64,000 nucleotides of DNA from Gammaproteobacteria bacterium (GTDB taxonomy: Bacteria > Pseudomonadota > Gammaproteobacteria > Steroidobacterales > PWYM01): the NCBI GenBank assembly GCA_007693855.1, contig RECU01000063.1:472-64471 (forward strand), written 5' to 3'. A model generated the notes under the pieces. The model ran no database searches. It was not told the origin of the DNA and saw nothing but the letters and a program-made list of their open reading frames with translations. Within the stretch, counting starts at the first letter, position 1. Every line of letters begins with the position of its first letter. Of the stretch, positions 22,258 to 32,700 are shown in pieces. A program made the position numbers and the translations under genes.

Positions 22258-22544
22258 AATTCGTCCACCTGAGTTTTCCGTTCGAATACATGGACGAGAT
22301 CGAGGCCTTGCTGGATCAGCATGCCATCCGCAATTACGCCCGCTACCCGCGGGTACACGGCCGCGACCCCCGCGGGAAGCACTTCGGAACGCAGGTGTTT
22401 CCGGGCAACTTCACGGTCGTACAGGCCCTGGTCGAAGACGAGGCGCTACCCGCCCTGATGAATGACCTCAGGGCCTTTCGCGATGCCCGCGAAGCCCACC
22501 GTGGCACCGAGGCGGTGGTGCTGCCGATCGAGGAGCGGCTTTAG
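22254..22544 (+). CDS. small transporter-associated protein (about 96 aa, alpha/beta, P-II/CutA-like pattern)
   Basis: The ATG overlaps the permease stop (ATGA), and AGGAGG lies 7 nt upstream inside the permease gene. Composition is balanced and non-artefactual. It may belong to the small family that some pipelines label PG0541-family transporter-associated protein; this is from recollection and not verified. Confidence 0.6.
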   Translation: MKFVHLSFPFEYMDEIEALLDQHAIRNYARYPRVHGRDPRGKHFGTQVFPGNFTVVQALVEDEALPALMNDLRAFRDAREAHRGTEAVVLPIEERL

Positions 22545-24856
22545 GCTGCGGGGGCCCGGGCCATGGGCTCGGGCCGTGAGACGATATAGCCCTGGGCAAA
22601 ATCCACGCCCAGACTTCGGACCGCCTCGAAGGCCTCCTGATCCTCGAGCTGCTCGGCGACCACCTGGAACTTCAGCGTGCGGCCCAGCTCGACGACCGCG
22701 CTGACCATGGCGCGGTGGACGGTGTCCTCGTCCAGATCGCGCGTGAAGGTGCCATCGATCTTCAGATAGTCCAGCGACAGGCTCTTCAGGTTCGCAAACG
22801 AGCCCATGCCACTACCGAAGTCGTCCAGCGCGAAGCGACAGCCCATGCCATGCAGCACATTGATGAACCGACGGGCATGGTCGAGGTTGCCGATCACCGA
22901 GATTTCCGGAATTTCGAAACACAGCTGTTCGGGCGAAACCCCCGTGTGATCGAGACATTCGACGACGAACTCCAGAAACCCCTCGTCGCCCAGCGTCTGG
23001 CCCGACAGGTTGATGCTGCAACTGCGCCGGTCGGGCAGACGCAACGCGCCGCTGCTGATGGCCGCGAGCGTAGTCTGTACCACCCAGCGATCGATATGCG
23101 TCATCAGGTGGTAACGTTCGGCCGAGGCCATGAACTGACCCGGGGGGATGGCGGCGCCGCTGTCGTCACGCAGGCGCAACAGCACCTCGACGGCCGGCCC
23201 CTGCGCCACTCGCCCGCCCAGGGCGATGATGGCCTGTGTGTACAGCTCGAAGCGTCCCTCCTTGAGCGCCGCCTGGATTTTCTGCAGCCACTGGATCTCG
23301 CCACGCTGCCGGGCCAGCGCCTCGTCGCGCGCGGAGTAGACGTGCACGCGGCCGCGGCCCTGCTGTTTGGCCACGTAACAGGCGGAGTCCGCCGCCGAGA
23401 GGACATCCTCCAGACTGCCGCTCTCCTTGCCGATCTGAACCAGGCCCACGGACACGCCGACATTGAAGATCTTGTTCTGCCAGACGAAGCGGTAGCCGGC
23501 CACCGCCTGGCAGACATCCTCGGCGATCTGACGGGCCTTCTCCAACGGACAGCCGACCAGCAGCATGCCGAACTCGTCGCCGCCGAGGCGGGCCACGGAG
23601 TCCGAGTCGCGGACCTCCTCGCGAATCAGCCCGGAGAGCTCCCGGAGCATGTTGTCGCCTGCCACGTGACCGCAGGTGTCGTTGACCGCCTTGAACCGGT
23701 CGAGGTCGAGATAGCACAGCACATGCGAACCGTCCTCGGAGCGCGCGGAGACCAGCGCCTCTTCCAGGCGCCGCTGGAACTCGTGGCGGTTCAGCAGGCC
23801 GGTCAGAGCGTCATGGCTGGCCTGATAGGACATCTGCCGGGTCAGCCTTCGCATCTCGGTGACGTCGTGCAGCACCACCACACAGCCGGTGAGCTGACCC
23901 GCCGGATCGCGCAGCGGCGAGGCGGTCAGTTCGACGGAGCATTCGCGCGTGCCGGTCTTGGACAGCAGCACGGCGCGGCGGCCCAGATTGACCCGCCGTC
24001 GCTCGCTCAGGCTGCGCGCCACGGGGTCGCCCAGGGACTTGCGATCGACCTCGTCGATCAGCGCAACGAGATCCACCAGTCCGCGGCCCGCCGCCGCGCT
24101 GCGCGCCACCCCGAGCAATTGCTCCGCAGCCTCGTTCATGTAGACGATCTGGCCGTCGGGATCCGTAGTGATCACCCCCTCGCCAATCGAATCGAGGGTC
24201 AGCCGGGCCTGCAGGCGGCCGCGCTGCAGACCGGCATCAAGCCCCTTGCGCCAGCCGATGTCGCGGGCCACGGTGAGCACCGCCGGCACGCCGTCGTGCG
24301 TGATCCGTTGGCAGGCCAGTTCGACGGTCAGAGGCTCGTCGCCGCTGCCGGAGAGCTGTACCTCGAGTTTCTGCGGCGCCGACGCGGGGCCTTCAGTGGG
24401 CAGATCGGCCAACATGCGGCGCGTGGAGGCCCGCCAGGCTGGTCGTACCAGATCGATGAACGGACGGCCGACCGGCGTCGCGGCCTCAGCACCGAGCTGC
24501 AGCTTCGCTGCGTCGTTGGCGAACACCACACTGTCCTCGGTGTGTACCAGCACCACCTCCGGTTGCGCCGTGAGCCAGGGCTCGAGCGTGCGCCAGTCCG
24601 CGCCGCGCTCCGCCTGGTCGCTGCGGGCACGCTGGGCGGCCAGCCGCTGGACGGCGACGACTGCCGTATCGAATGCGGGATCATCGCGAGGTCTGAGGTC
24701 GGCTGCGCCCTCGCCGGCCACGACCCGCTCGACCGCTGCCGCCAGCGCCGACAAGTCACTCTGCCTGCGCCTGCGCGCGGTCACCAGGGCCACTGCCAGC
24801 GCAACGGCCACACCGCCGGCCGCCACCGCCAAGCCGAGCAAGGGCAGCTCGCTCAT
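22541..24856 (-). CDS. membrane-anchored PAS/PAS-GGDEF-EAL signalling protein
   Basis: It has an N-terminal TM segment and two PAS-like regions. The GGDEF motif is intact (RLGGDEFGML). The EAL domain has EVLLR, DDFGSG and KIDG motifs. Start is set at MSELPLLGLAV.. (ATG 24856). Confidence 0.9.
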   Translation of the reverse strand: MSELPLLGLAVAAGGVAVALAVALVTARRRRQSDLSALAAAVERVVAGEGAADLRPRDDPAFDTAVVAVQRLAAQRARSDQAERGADWRTLEPWLTAQPEVVLVHTEDSVVFANDAAKLQLGAEAATPVGRPFIDLVRPAWRASTRRMLADLPTEGPASAPQKLEVQLSGSGDEPLTVELACQRITHDGVPAVLTVARDIGWRKGLDAGLQRGRLQARLTLDSIGEGVITTDPDGQIVYMNEAAEQLLGVARSAAAGRGLVDLVALIDEVDRKSLGDPVARSLSERRRVNLGRRAVLLSKTGTRECSVELTASPLRDPAGQLTGCVVVLHDVTEMRRLTRQMSYQASHDALTGLLNRHEFQRRLEEALVSARSEDGSHVLCYLDLDRFKAVNDTCGHVAGDNMLRELSGLIREEVRDSDSVARLGGDEFGMLLVGCPLEKARQIAEDVCQAVAGYRFVWQNKIFNVGVSVGLVQIGKESGSLEDVLSAADSACYVAKQQGRGRVHVYSARDEALARQRGEIQWLQKIQAALKEGRFELYTQAIIALGGRVAQGPAVEVLLRLRDDSGAAIPPGQFMASAERYHLMTHIDRWVVQTTLAAISSGALRLPDRRSCSINLSGQTLGDEGFLEFVVECLDHTGVSPEQLCFEIPEISVIGNLDHARRFINVLHGMGCRFALDDFGSGMGSFANLKSLSLDYLKIDGTFTRDLDEDTVHRAMVSAVVELGRTLKFQVVAEQLEDQEAFEAVRSLGVDFAQGYIVSRPEPMARAPAA

Positions 24857-25137
24857 GCCTGGCCTGTCCCAGCTGCTGTTCGCCCGCGCTCTGGCATGAA
24901 GCATGTCCCGTCTGGCCGGCGAACCGGCGAGCTGCGTACCCCCGGGAGACCACAGCCTCCCTGGAAGGGGCCTGCGTGCACTCGGACCAACGTTGCAGAA
25001 TAGCCGATGGCCGGCTCGTCGGCGCCGTGCTTTCACCATAATATGCCTGCCCGGATCCGAGGCTTTGCCTTGTACCGGTGAGGCGTTCTCCGTACCCTTA
25101 CCGGACCTCAATCCAGTGCCTGGAGCCATGATGACGA

Positions 25138-25784
25138 GCATTGAGCTTGCCCGGGAACAGATGCTGGGCCAGCAGATTCGTGCCTGGGAAGTCCTCGACG
25201 AGCGCGTGATCGCCGCAATGCGCAGCGTACCACGTGAGCAGTTCGTCCCCGAGGCCTACCAGGACCTGGCCTTCGCCGACGCCCCGATACCCCTCGCCCA
25301 CGGCGAGGAGATGATGGCGCCAAAGATCGAAGGCCGCATGTTGCAGGCCCTGGCCCTGTCGCCGGAGGACAGCGTCCTCGAGATCGGCACCGGCAGTGGC
25401 TTCATCACCGCCTGTCTGGCAAGTCTGGCAGGCTCGGTGCTCAGCCTGGACATCCACGATGACTTTGTCATTGCAGCCGGGCCCCGGCTGGCCGCCCTCG
25501 GCAAGACTGCGGCGCGACTGCAGACGGCCGATGTTTTCAGTTTCCGGCCGAGCGAGACGTTCGACGCGATCGCCCTGACGGGCTCGTTGCCGCAGTTCGA
25601 CGAGCGCTTTGTCGACTGGCTGAACCCTGGTGGTCGACTGTTCTGCATCGTCGGGCAGGCCCCGGTCATGGACGCCCGCCTCATCCAGAAGACCGCGACC
25701 GGCGAATGGCTGGAAGAGTCCCTGTTTGAAACCGTCGTGCCACCACTGCGCAACGCGTTGCGCCCGCCCCGATTCCAGTTCTGA
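25138..25784 (+). CDS. protein-L-isoaspartate O-methyltransferase family protein
   Basis: SAM-binding motif VLEIGTGSGFITACLA and a Pcm-like N-terminus (..AMRSVPREQFVP..). Start at MMTSIELAREQ. Confidence 0.8.
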
Positions 25785-25804
25785 ATGTTCAAGGTCAGCA
25801 GTGT

Positions 25805-26134
25805 ATGAAGGAACTCACGCCAGTCCAGTACCGCCAGCGCTGGAGCGAAGAGGACGAACGCGAAGGCCGCGTGGTCATGATCGATGTGCGCGAGGATCAC
25901 GAACTCGAGGTCTCCCGTCTGCCCAACGCCATTCACATTCCCATGGGGGAAGTGCCGGGCCGAATGAGCGAACTGGACCGCGAGCGCCCGCTGGTCGTGC
26001 TGTGTCGCAGCGGCGGACGTAGCGGCCAGATCGTGCAGTATCTGCAGCAGCAGGGCTTCGAGGACATCTACAATCTCGCCGGCGGCATCAACGAGTGGGC
26101 CGAGACCGTCGATACGACACTGACGGTCTATTGA
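25805..26134 (+). CDS. rhodanese-like domain protein
   Basis: 109 aa with active-site loop CRSGGRS and a GGINEW tail. Confidence 0.85.
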   Translation: MKELTPVQYRQRWSEEDEREGRVVMIDVREDHELEVSRLPNAIHIPMGEVPGRMSELDRERPLVVLCRSGGRSGQIVQYLQQQGFEDIYNLAGGINEWAETVDTTLTVY

Positions 26135-26143
26135 ACCCTTTTC

Positions 26144-26172
26144 GGTCTACTGATGTAGTGTTATAGTAGACC
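26144..26172. promoter_or_regulatory. 8-bp inverted repeat (ggtctact-N13-agtagacc) in the AT-rich spacer upstream of tolC; contains TATAGT
   Basis: Read directly from the sequence. A role as operator, promoter or processing hairpin is inference. Confidence 0.3.
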
Positions 26173-26200
26173 ACAACACCTGACTTGCAGGACATTGCTC

Positions 26201-27601
26201 ATGCTTTCCCGGCTCCTCGCCCCTGTCGCCCTTGCGCCTGTTGCTCTCGCGCTGATCGCCGTCGCCTGCCCGGTCCAGGCTGAGGAGCGCCTGCTGGACA
26301 TCTACCAGCGTGCCCTGCAGAGCGATCCACGGATCCGCGAAGCCGAAGCCATTTACCAGGCAGAACTGGAAACCCGACCGCAGGCGCGGGCCGCCATGCT
26401 GCCGCAGATCACCGGCACCGCCTCGCGCAGCTGGAGCGATGCCGAGGGCAGCCAGCGATTCCTCAATTTCAACCCGATCGAGAACGAACTCCAGACCATC
26501 GAAACGGCCTTCGAACAGGATGCCCGCACGACCAACTGGCAGATCGAGTTGCGCCAGACCCTGTTCCGCTGGGACCAGTGGATCAATTTCCGCCAGAGCG
26601 ACAAGCGCATCGCCCGGGCGGAAACCGAATTCGAGGCCGCCAAGCAGGATCTCATGCTGCGCGTATCGGAAGCCTACTTCGAGGTGCTGGCGGCGCAGGA
26701 CACCCTCGGCGCCGCCCAGGCAACGCAGCGGGCGATCGAGCGTCAGCTGGAGCAGGCGCAGACGCGCTTCGAAGTCGGCCTGATCGCCATTACCGACGTC
26801 CAGGAAGCCCAAGCCGCATTCGACCGTTCCGTGGCCGACGAAATTGCCGCCCAGCGGGTGCTGGCCTCGGCCCGGGAAGCGCTGCGCGAGCTGACCGGGG
26901 AGCACGTCACCCGCCTGGCTGCCCCGCGCGACGAGCTGCCCCTGGTGCCGCCGTCACCGGCTTCGGAAAGCGCCTGGGTGGACACGGCACTGGCGCAGAA
27001 CCTGGAACTCGTGGCCACCCGGATCGCCTCTGAAATCGCCAGCGACGACGTGCGCATCCGCCGCACCGGTCACTACCCGACACTCGATCTGGTCGCCAGC
27101 CGCAGCGATGTCACCACGCGCGCCGACCGGTCCAACAACGGCGGTCCGACCACACCCTTCGACAGCGACTCACAATCCGACAGCATTTCCATCCAGTTAC
27201 GCGTGCCGCTGTTCAGCGGTGGCGGCACGTCCTCGCAGGTGCGTGAAGCCGTGTTCCGCCACCGAGCGGCCCGCGAAGCCGTGGATCGGGTGTCCCGCCA
27301 GACCGAACGCCAGGCCCGTGACGCCTACATGGGTGTGGTCACGGAGATCAGCCGGGTGCGCGCTCTCGAACAGGCAGTGACCTCATCGCGCACCGCGCTG
27401 GAGGCCACCGAGACCGGGTTCGAGGTCGGCACCCGCACCACGGTTGACGTGCTCGATGCGCGCCGGCGCCTGTTCGATGCGGAGACCACCTATGCGCGCA
27501 GCCGCTACGACTACATCGTGAACGTGCTTCGCCTCAAGCGCTCCTCGGGCATTCTCGCCCTGCAGGACCTCGAGGAAGTGGACAGCTGGCTGGAGCGCTG
27601 A
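26201..27601 (+). CDS. tolC: TolC family outer-membrane channel
   Basis: It has a signal peptide, then LLDIYQRALQSDPRIREAEA.., and tandem OEP repeats. ATG 26201 lies two codons inside the TTG start used by the ORF track. Confidence 0.9.
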   Translation: MLSRLLAPVALAPVALALIAVACPVQAEERLLDIYQRALQSDPRIREAEAIYQAELETRPQARAAMLPQITGTASRSWSDAEGSQRFLNFNPIENELQTIETAFEQDARTTNWQIELRQTLFRWDQWINFRQSDKRIARAETEFEAAKQDLMLRVSEAYFEVLAAQDTLGAAQATQRAIERQLEQAQTRFEVGLIAITDVQEAQAAFDRSVADEIAAQRVLASAREALRELTGEHVTRLAAPRDELPLVPPSPASESAWVDTALAQNLELVATRIASEIASDDVRIRRTGHYPTLDLVASRSDVTTRADRSNNGGPTTPFDSDSQSDSISIQLRVPLFSGGGTSSQVREAVFRHRAAREAVDRVSRQTERQARDAYMGVVTEISRVRALEQAVTSSRTALEATETGFEVGTRTTVDVLDARRRLFDAETTYARSRYDYIVNVLRLKRSSGILALQDLEEVDSWLER

Positions 27602-27608
27602 GAAGCGC

Positions 27609-28892
27609 TCAGCGCTCGCGCGACGGCGCCGCCTCGAGCAGCGGCTCGATCAGCCCGAGCAGCCGCACCAGCGCCCCGCGGTTTCCCTCCACCACCGCAC
27701 GACCCCGCTCGCCCATGGCGTCGCGGGCCGACCGGTCGGCCAGCAGCGCCATGACTGCCAGTGCCAGCGTGTCGGCGTCGCGAACCTCGCGCGCAGCCCC
27801 TTCGGCCAGGAATTGCCGAGCGATGTCCTCGCTGTTGAAGGTGTGCGGTCCGACCAGCACCGGCAGGCCGAGCGAGGCCGGTTCGAGCAGGTTGTGCCCC
27901 CCGATCGGCACCAGGCTGCCGGCGACCAGGGCGACGTCCGAGGCGGCATAAAAGGTCATCAGTTCACCCAGGGTATCGCCCAGGAACACCGCCTGCGCCG
28001 GGCGCAGCCGGTGGCCGCTGCTGCGACGGACATACCCGATGCCCTCACGCTCCAGCCACTCGGCCACGGGACCGAAGCGCTCGGGATGACGCGGGACCAG
28101 CAGCAGCACGGCCTCCGGAAACTGGCGCAGCACCTGCCGATGGGCGGCCAGCGCGATCGCCTCTTCGCCGGCATGGGTACTTGCCGCCACCCACACCGGC
28201 CGCGCGCCGGCCTGCGCGGCCCTGAACTCGCGCCCAAGCTGGCGCACCTCCTCGGGCAACTCGTAGTCGAACTTGAGGTTACCGGTGACGTGGGTGCGTG
28301 CGGCCGGGGCGCCCACCGACTGGAAGCGCTCCGCGTCGGCCTGGCTCTGCGCGGCGATCACGATGCCATGCGACAGGGTTTCGCGAAACAGGCTGACCAG
28401 TCGCCGGTAGCGTCCCACCGAGCGCGGTGAGATCCGTGCACTGGCCAGTACCAGGGGTATCCCCCTGCGTCCACACTCGTTGAACAGGTTGGGCCAGAGC
28501 TCGGTCTCCATGATGATGGCGAGGTCCGGGCGCACCCGATCAAAGAAACGGCGCACGGACCCCGGAAGGTCATAGGGCACGAAGCGACGATCGACACTGC
28601 TACCGAACAGCGCCGTGGCGCGGGCCGCGCCGGTCGGCGTCATCGAGGTGATGACCAGGGGCCGGTCGGGGTACTGACGCTGCAGCGCCCGCACCAGCGA
28701 TGCCGCAGCCTGCACTTCGCCGACCGAGACCGCGTGCACCCAGATCGCCCCCGGGCGCGATAACCGGCGCCCCAGGCCGAAGCGTTGCCCGAGGTGCTTC
28801 CAATAGCCGCGGTTCCGGCGCCCCCGCCAGAGAATGACCCCGATCAGCACCGGGGTCAGCAGGTAGGACAGCGTGATGTAGAGTATGCGCAA
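27609..28892 (-). CDS. waaA: 3-deoxy-D-manno-octulosonic acid (Kdo) transferase
   Basis: The N-terminal membrane helix and WVHAVSVGE motif are present, with GT30 family features throughout. TTG start. Confidence 0.9.
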   Translation of the reverse strand: MRILYITLSYLLTPVLIGVILWRGRRNRGYWKHLGQRFGLGRRLSRPGAIWVHAVSVGEVQAAASLVRALQRQYPDRPLVITSMTPTGAARATALFGSSVDRRFVPYDLPGSVRRFFDRVRPDLAIIMETELWPNLFNECGRRGIPLVLASARISPRSVGRYRRLVSLFRETLSHGIVIAAQSQADAERFQSVGAPAARTHVTGNLKFDYELPEEVRQLGREFRAAQAGARPVWVAASTHAGEEAIALAAHRQVLRQFPEAVLLLVPRHPERFGPVAEWLEREGIGYVRRSSGHRLRPAQAVFLGDTLGELMTFYAASDVALVAGSLVPIGGHNLLEPASLGLPVLVGPHTFNSEDIARQFLAEGAAREVRDADTLALAVMALLADRSARDAMGERGRAVVEGNRGALVRLLGLIEPLLEAAPSRER

Positions 28893-28923
28893 GGTGCGCC
28901 CGGAAAAACCGCGGGGCGTCAGC

Positions 28924-29685
28924 TCATCCGCACTTCGAATCGCCGCAGTTCAGACAGGTCATGCAGCCGTCCATCATGACGACCGCCACCGTGTTGCACT
29001 TCGTGCAGAGTTGCGCACCCTCGGGGAACTCGCTCTTTGCAAAGGCGTCCTGCTGACTGGTGGCCGCCTCGAACTCCTGGCGTTTCTGTTCGATCAGCCG
29101 TTTCTGATGCTCATCCAGGCCCTGCGGGCGCAACAGCCCGATGGTGACCAGGTGCTTCTCGACGATGTGACCCAGCTCGGCGATCAGCGAGGGCATGAAC
29201 TTGCCGCCCGGCTGCCAGTAGCCGCCACGCGGATCGAACACGGCCTTGAGCTCGTCGACGATGAAGGTCACGTCGCCACCCTTGCGGAACACCGCCGACA
29301 TGATGCGCGTCAACGCCACGATCCACTGGTAATGGTCGAGATTCTTCGAGTTGATGAAAATCTCGAAGGGGCGACGCTGCTCGTGCTCCGTACCTTCGTT
29401 GAGAATGATGTCGTTGATGGTCACGTACATGGCATGGTCCGACACCGGCGTCTTGACCTTGTAGGTCGAGCCGATGAGCACTTCCGGACGCTCGAGCTTC
29501 TCGTGCATCCGGATGACCTTGGCGGATTCCTTCTGCGCCTCCGTCTGGGCGGGCGCAGACGCGGCCGGCGCTGGCGTGCCGGCCGCGGCGCTGACCTCGA
29601 CCGCCGGCACCTTGTCTGCCTGCTCGGCCTCCGGCTTCTGCACGCCGTAGTTGATGATTTTCCTGTCGATCTTGATACGCGTCAT
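28924..29685 (-). CDS. nrdJb: class II ribonucleotide reductase, C-terminal subunit NrdJb
   Basis: It corresponds to the C-terminal part of monomeric NrdJ enzymes. It ends in the Cys-rich tail CTKCNTVAVVMMDGCMTCLNCGDSKCG. It lies 35 nt downstream of nrdJa, as in the split Pseudomonas-type enzyme. Confidence 0.85.
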   Translation of the reverse strand: MTRIKIDRKIINYGVQKPEAEQADKVPAVEVSAAAGTPAPAASAPAQTEAQKESAKVIRMHEKLERPEVLIGSTYKVKTPVSDHAMYVTINDIILNEGTEHEQRRPFEIFINSKNLDHYQWIVALTRIMSAVFRKGGDVTFIVDELKAVFDPRGGYWQPGGKFMPSLIAELGHIVEKHLVTIGLLRPQGLDEHQKRLIEQKRQEFEAATSQQDAFAKSEFPEGAQLCTKCNTVAVVMMDGCMTCLNCGDSKCG

Positions 29686-29720
29686 GGGAACGCTTCCCCC
29701 TGCTTGTCGGCCGCGGCCGA

Positions 29721-32700
29721 TCAGAACTTGCCGTAATACCCTTCCTTGAGCGCATCGTAGAGATTCGCGGCGGTATGCACTTCACCGTCGTATTCGATCT
29801 CCTCGTCGCCGCGGACCTTGACTTCGCTGCCGTCTTCCAGAGTGAACACGTAGGTGGTGTTCTTGAGATCGGACTCCTTCACCAGCACGCCCTGGAACGC
29901 CTCGGGATTGAAGCGGAAGGTGGTGCAGCCCTTGAGACCCTGCTCGTAGGCATACATGTAGATGTCCTTGAAATCCTCGTAGTCGTAGTCTGTCGGCACG
30001 TTGGCCGTCTTCGAGATCGAGGAGTCCACCCACAGCTGTGCAGCCGCCTGGATGTCGACATGCTGGGTCGGGGTGACATCGTCGGCCACCGTGAAATACT
30101 CGGGCAGCTGTTCCTCGGGCTTGTCGGAAAACGGCATCGCCTTCGGATTGATCAGGTGCCGGTAGGCCAGCAGCTCGAAGGAGAACACGTCCACCCGCTC
30201 CTTGCTCTTGCGCCCCTCACGGATCACGTTGCGGAAATAGTGGTGCGCGAAGCTCGGCTCGATGCCGTTGGAGGCATTGTTGGCCAGCGACAGCGAGATC
30301 GTACCGGTGGGCGCGATCGAACTGTGGTGCGTGAACCGGGCGCCGACCTCGGCCAGCTGGTCGACCAGCTCGGGCGCGGCGTCCGCCACCCGCTGCATGT
30401 AGCGGCTGTAGCGGGAGTGCAGGATGCGCCCCGGGATACGATCGCCTGGCTGGTAGCCGTCCCGCACCATCTCCGGGCGCTTGCGCAGCATCTCCGGGGT
30501 GACCGTGAACTCCTCGAGCATGATCGGCGCCGGGCCTTTTTCGCGGGCCAGCTCGAGTGCCGTCTCCCAGCCGGCCAGGGCCATTTCGCGCGAGACATTC
30601 TGGGTGAATGCCACCGAGGAGCGCGAGCCATATTTCATGGTCATCATGGTGATGGTCGAACCGAGCCCGAGGAAGCCCATGCCGTGGCGGCGCTTGCGGG
30701 TGATTTCCTCGCGCTGGCGGCCGAGCGGCAGGCCGTTGATCTCCACGACGTTATCGAGCATGCGCGTGAACACCCGGACGACATCGCGATACTGCTCCCA
30801 GTCGAACCGTGCCTTGTCCGTGAACGGATCGATGACGAACTTGGTCAGGTTGACCGAGCCAAGCAGGCAGGAACCGTAAGGCGGCAGCGGCTGTTCGCCG
30901 CAGTTGTGCGCATGCAGGCCGTTGCCATCGAAGCAGTTCACCCCAGGCACCTGGACGTCGTAGACCTCTGCCACGCCGTCGGTGACCAGGGCGCTGACCC
31001 GTGCGATGAAACGTTCCTGGTAGAGCGTCTCGCCGGCCGCGGCCAGCCAGCTCTCGAGCCGCTGCTGGCGCTCGGTGTCGGCGAATCCAATGCGCCGGGC
31101 GAACTCGGCAAGATTGCTGCCACGAAGCATCAGCTGGCCCGCCTGGGCATCGACCGACGCGATCACCCCGAGCCGCTGCAGCATACGCTGCAGCGCGCCC
31201 AACGACGGGCCATCGTGGCCGAGGTTGACATCATTGCCGCCCAGCAGCACGAGCTGCAGCTGGCCGTCGCGCTCCTCGAGACGGCCGCGCACGTCGAACC
31301 ACGCACGCAGGAAGCCGGCATGGAAACGGCTTGAGGTGCGCTCCACAGCCGCCGACACCTCGCCGCTGCCGGCCGCAAGCCCCAGACGACGTGCCAGGCC
31401 GGAGAGCCCGGGCACAGCCAGACGGTATTCACCGCGCTCAGGCACTTCCTGCCAGCCCACAAACCCGGTGCCGCCGGTCAGGGCCTTGGCCGCGTCGGTC
31501 ACCCGACCCATGATGCCGCGCACGCTGCCGGCAATGCCGGCATACGGGGCATTCGCCGCCACGGGGGTGCGCCACAGCGACAGCCAGGCCTGCTCCTGCT
31601 CGACGCGCCCGCGACTGACGAGCATGCCCAACAGATAGCCTTCATCCTCTGAAAGCTCACCGGTCCAGTACGGGTTGTGACGATGATCCTGCAGCAGCAC
31701 CCGGTCGCCCCGGCGCAGCTCACCGGCCTCACACCAGGCGGTCACGGGCTGACCGGCTGCGAAGCCCGTCACGCGCCGCACGCGATGATCCGGCGTCAGC
31801 CGTAAAGTATGCCCCTCGGCAGTCTCCAGCCGCAGGACTTCGCGGATCCCGGTCTGGAAGAAGCCGGCCTCGGTGGTGTCATGCAGCCGCCCGTCGACGC
31901 GCACACTGAAGCGGCGACCGAGCAGCTCACCGACCTGCCGCGGACCCTCGCCCGTATTCACCCAGGTATCAGCCGTGACGCAGGGGTTGGTGGCGCGGAT
32001 GTCCTCGCACCACCAGTTGTTGTTCATCTCGTTGACCCGATCGATCAGCACGAAGCCCGGCTCGGCGAAATCGTAGGTCGAGGCCATGATGACGTCCCAC
32101 ACCCGCCGCGCCGGCACCGTCCGGTACACCTTGCAGGCCACCAGACCGACCTCGTTGCGGGCGTAGCGTCGGTCTTCCCCTGGCCACTCGCGCCAGACGA
32201 AGGTCTCTTCGTCGGCGAGATCCAGCGACTCCTGACGCACCTCTGCCTCGGTCACCGGAAAGGCCAGGCGCCAGGGCTGATCCTCGCGCACCGCCTGCAT
32301 GAATTCGTCGGTGATCAGCAGCGAGAGGTTGAACTGGCGCAGCCGGCCGTCTTCCCGCTTGGCCCGAACGAAGTCCAGGGCATCCGGATGGCCCACGTCG
32401 AACGTGCCCATCTGCGCGCCGCGCCGGCCACCGGCCGAGGACACGGTGAAACACATGCGATCGTAGATATCCATGAACGACAGCGGCCCGGAGGTGTACG
32501 CACCGGCACCCGAAACATAGGCCCCGCGCGGCCGCAGGGTGGAGAACTCGTAGCCGATACCGCAGCCGGCCTTCAGCGTGAGCCCGGCCTCGTGCACCTT
32601 GTTCAGGATGTCATCCATCGAATCCTCGATGGTGCCGGAGACCGTGCAGTTGATCGTGGAGGTGGCCGGCTTGTGCGCCAGCGCCCCGGCGTTGGAGGTG

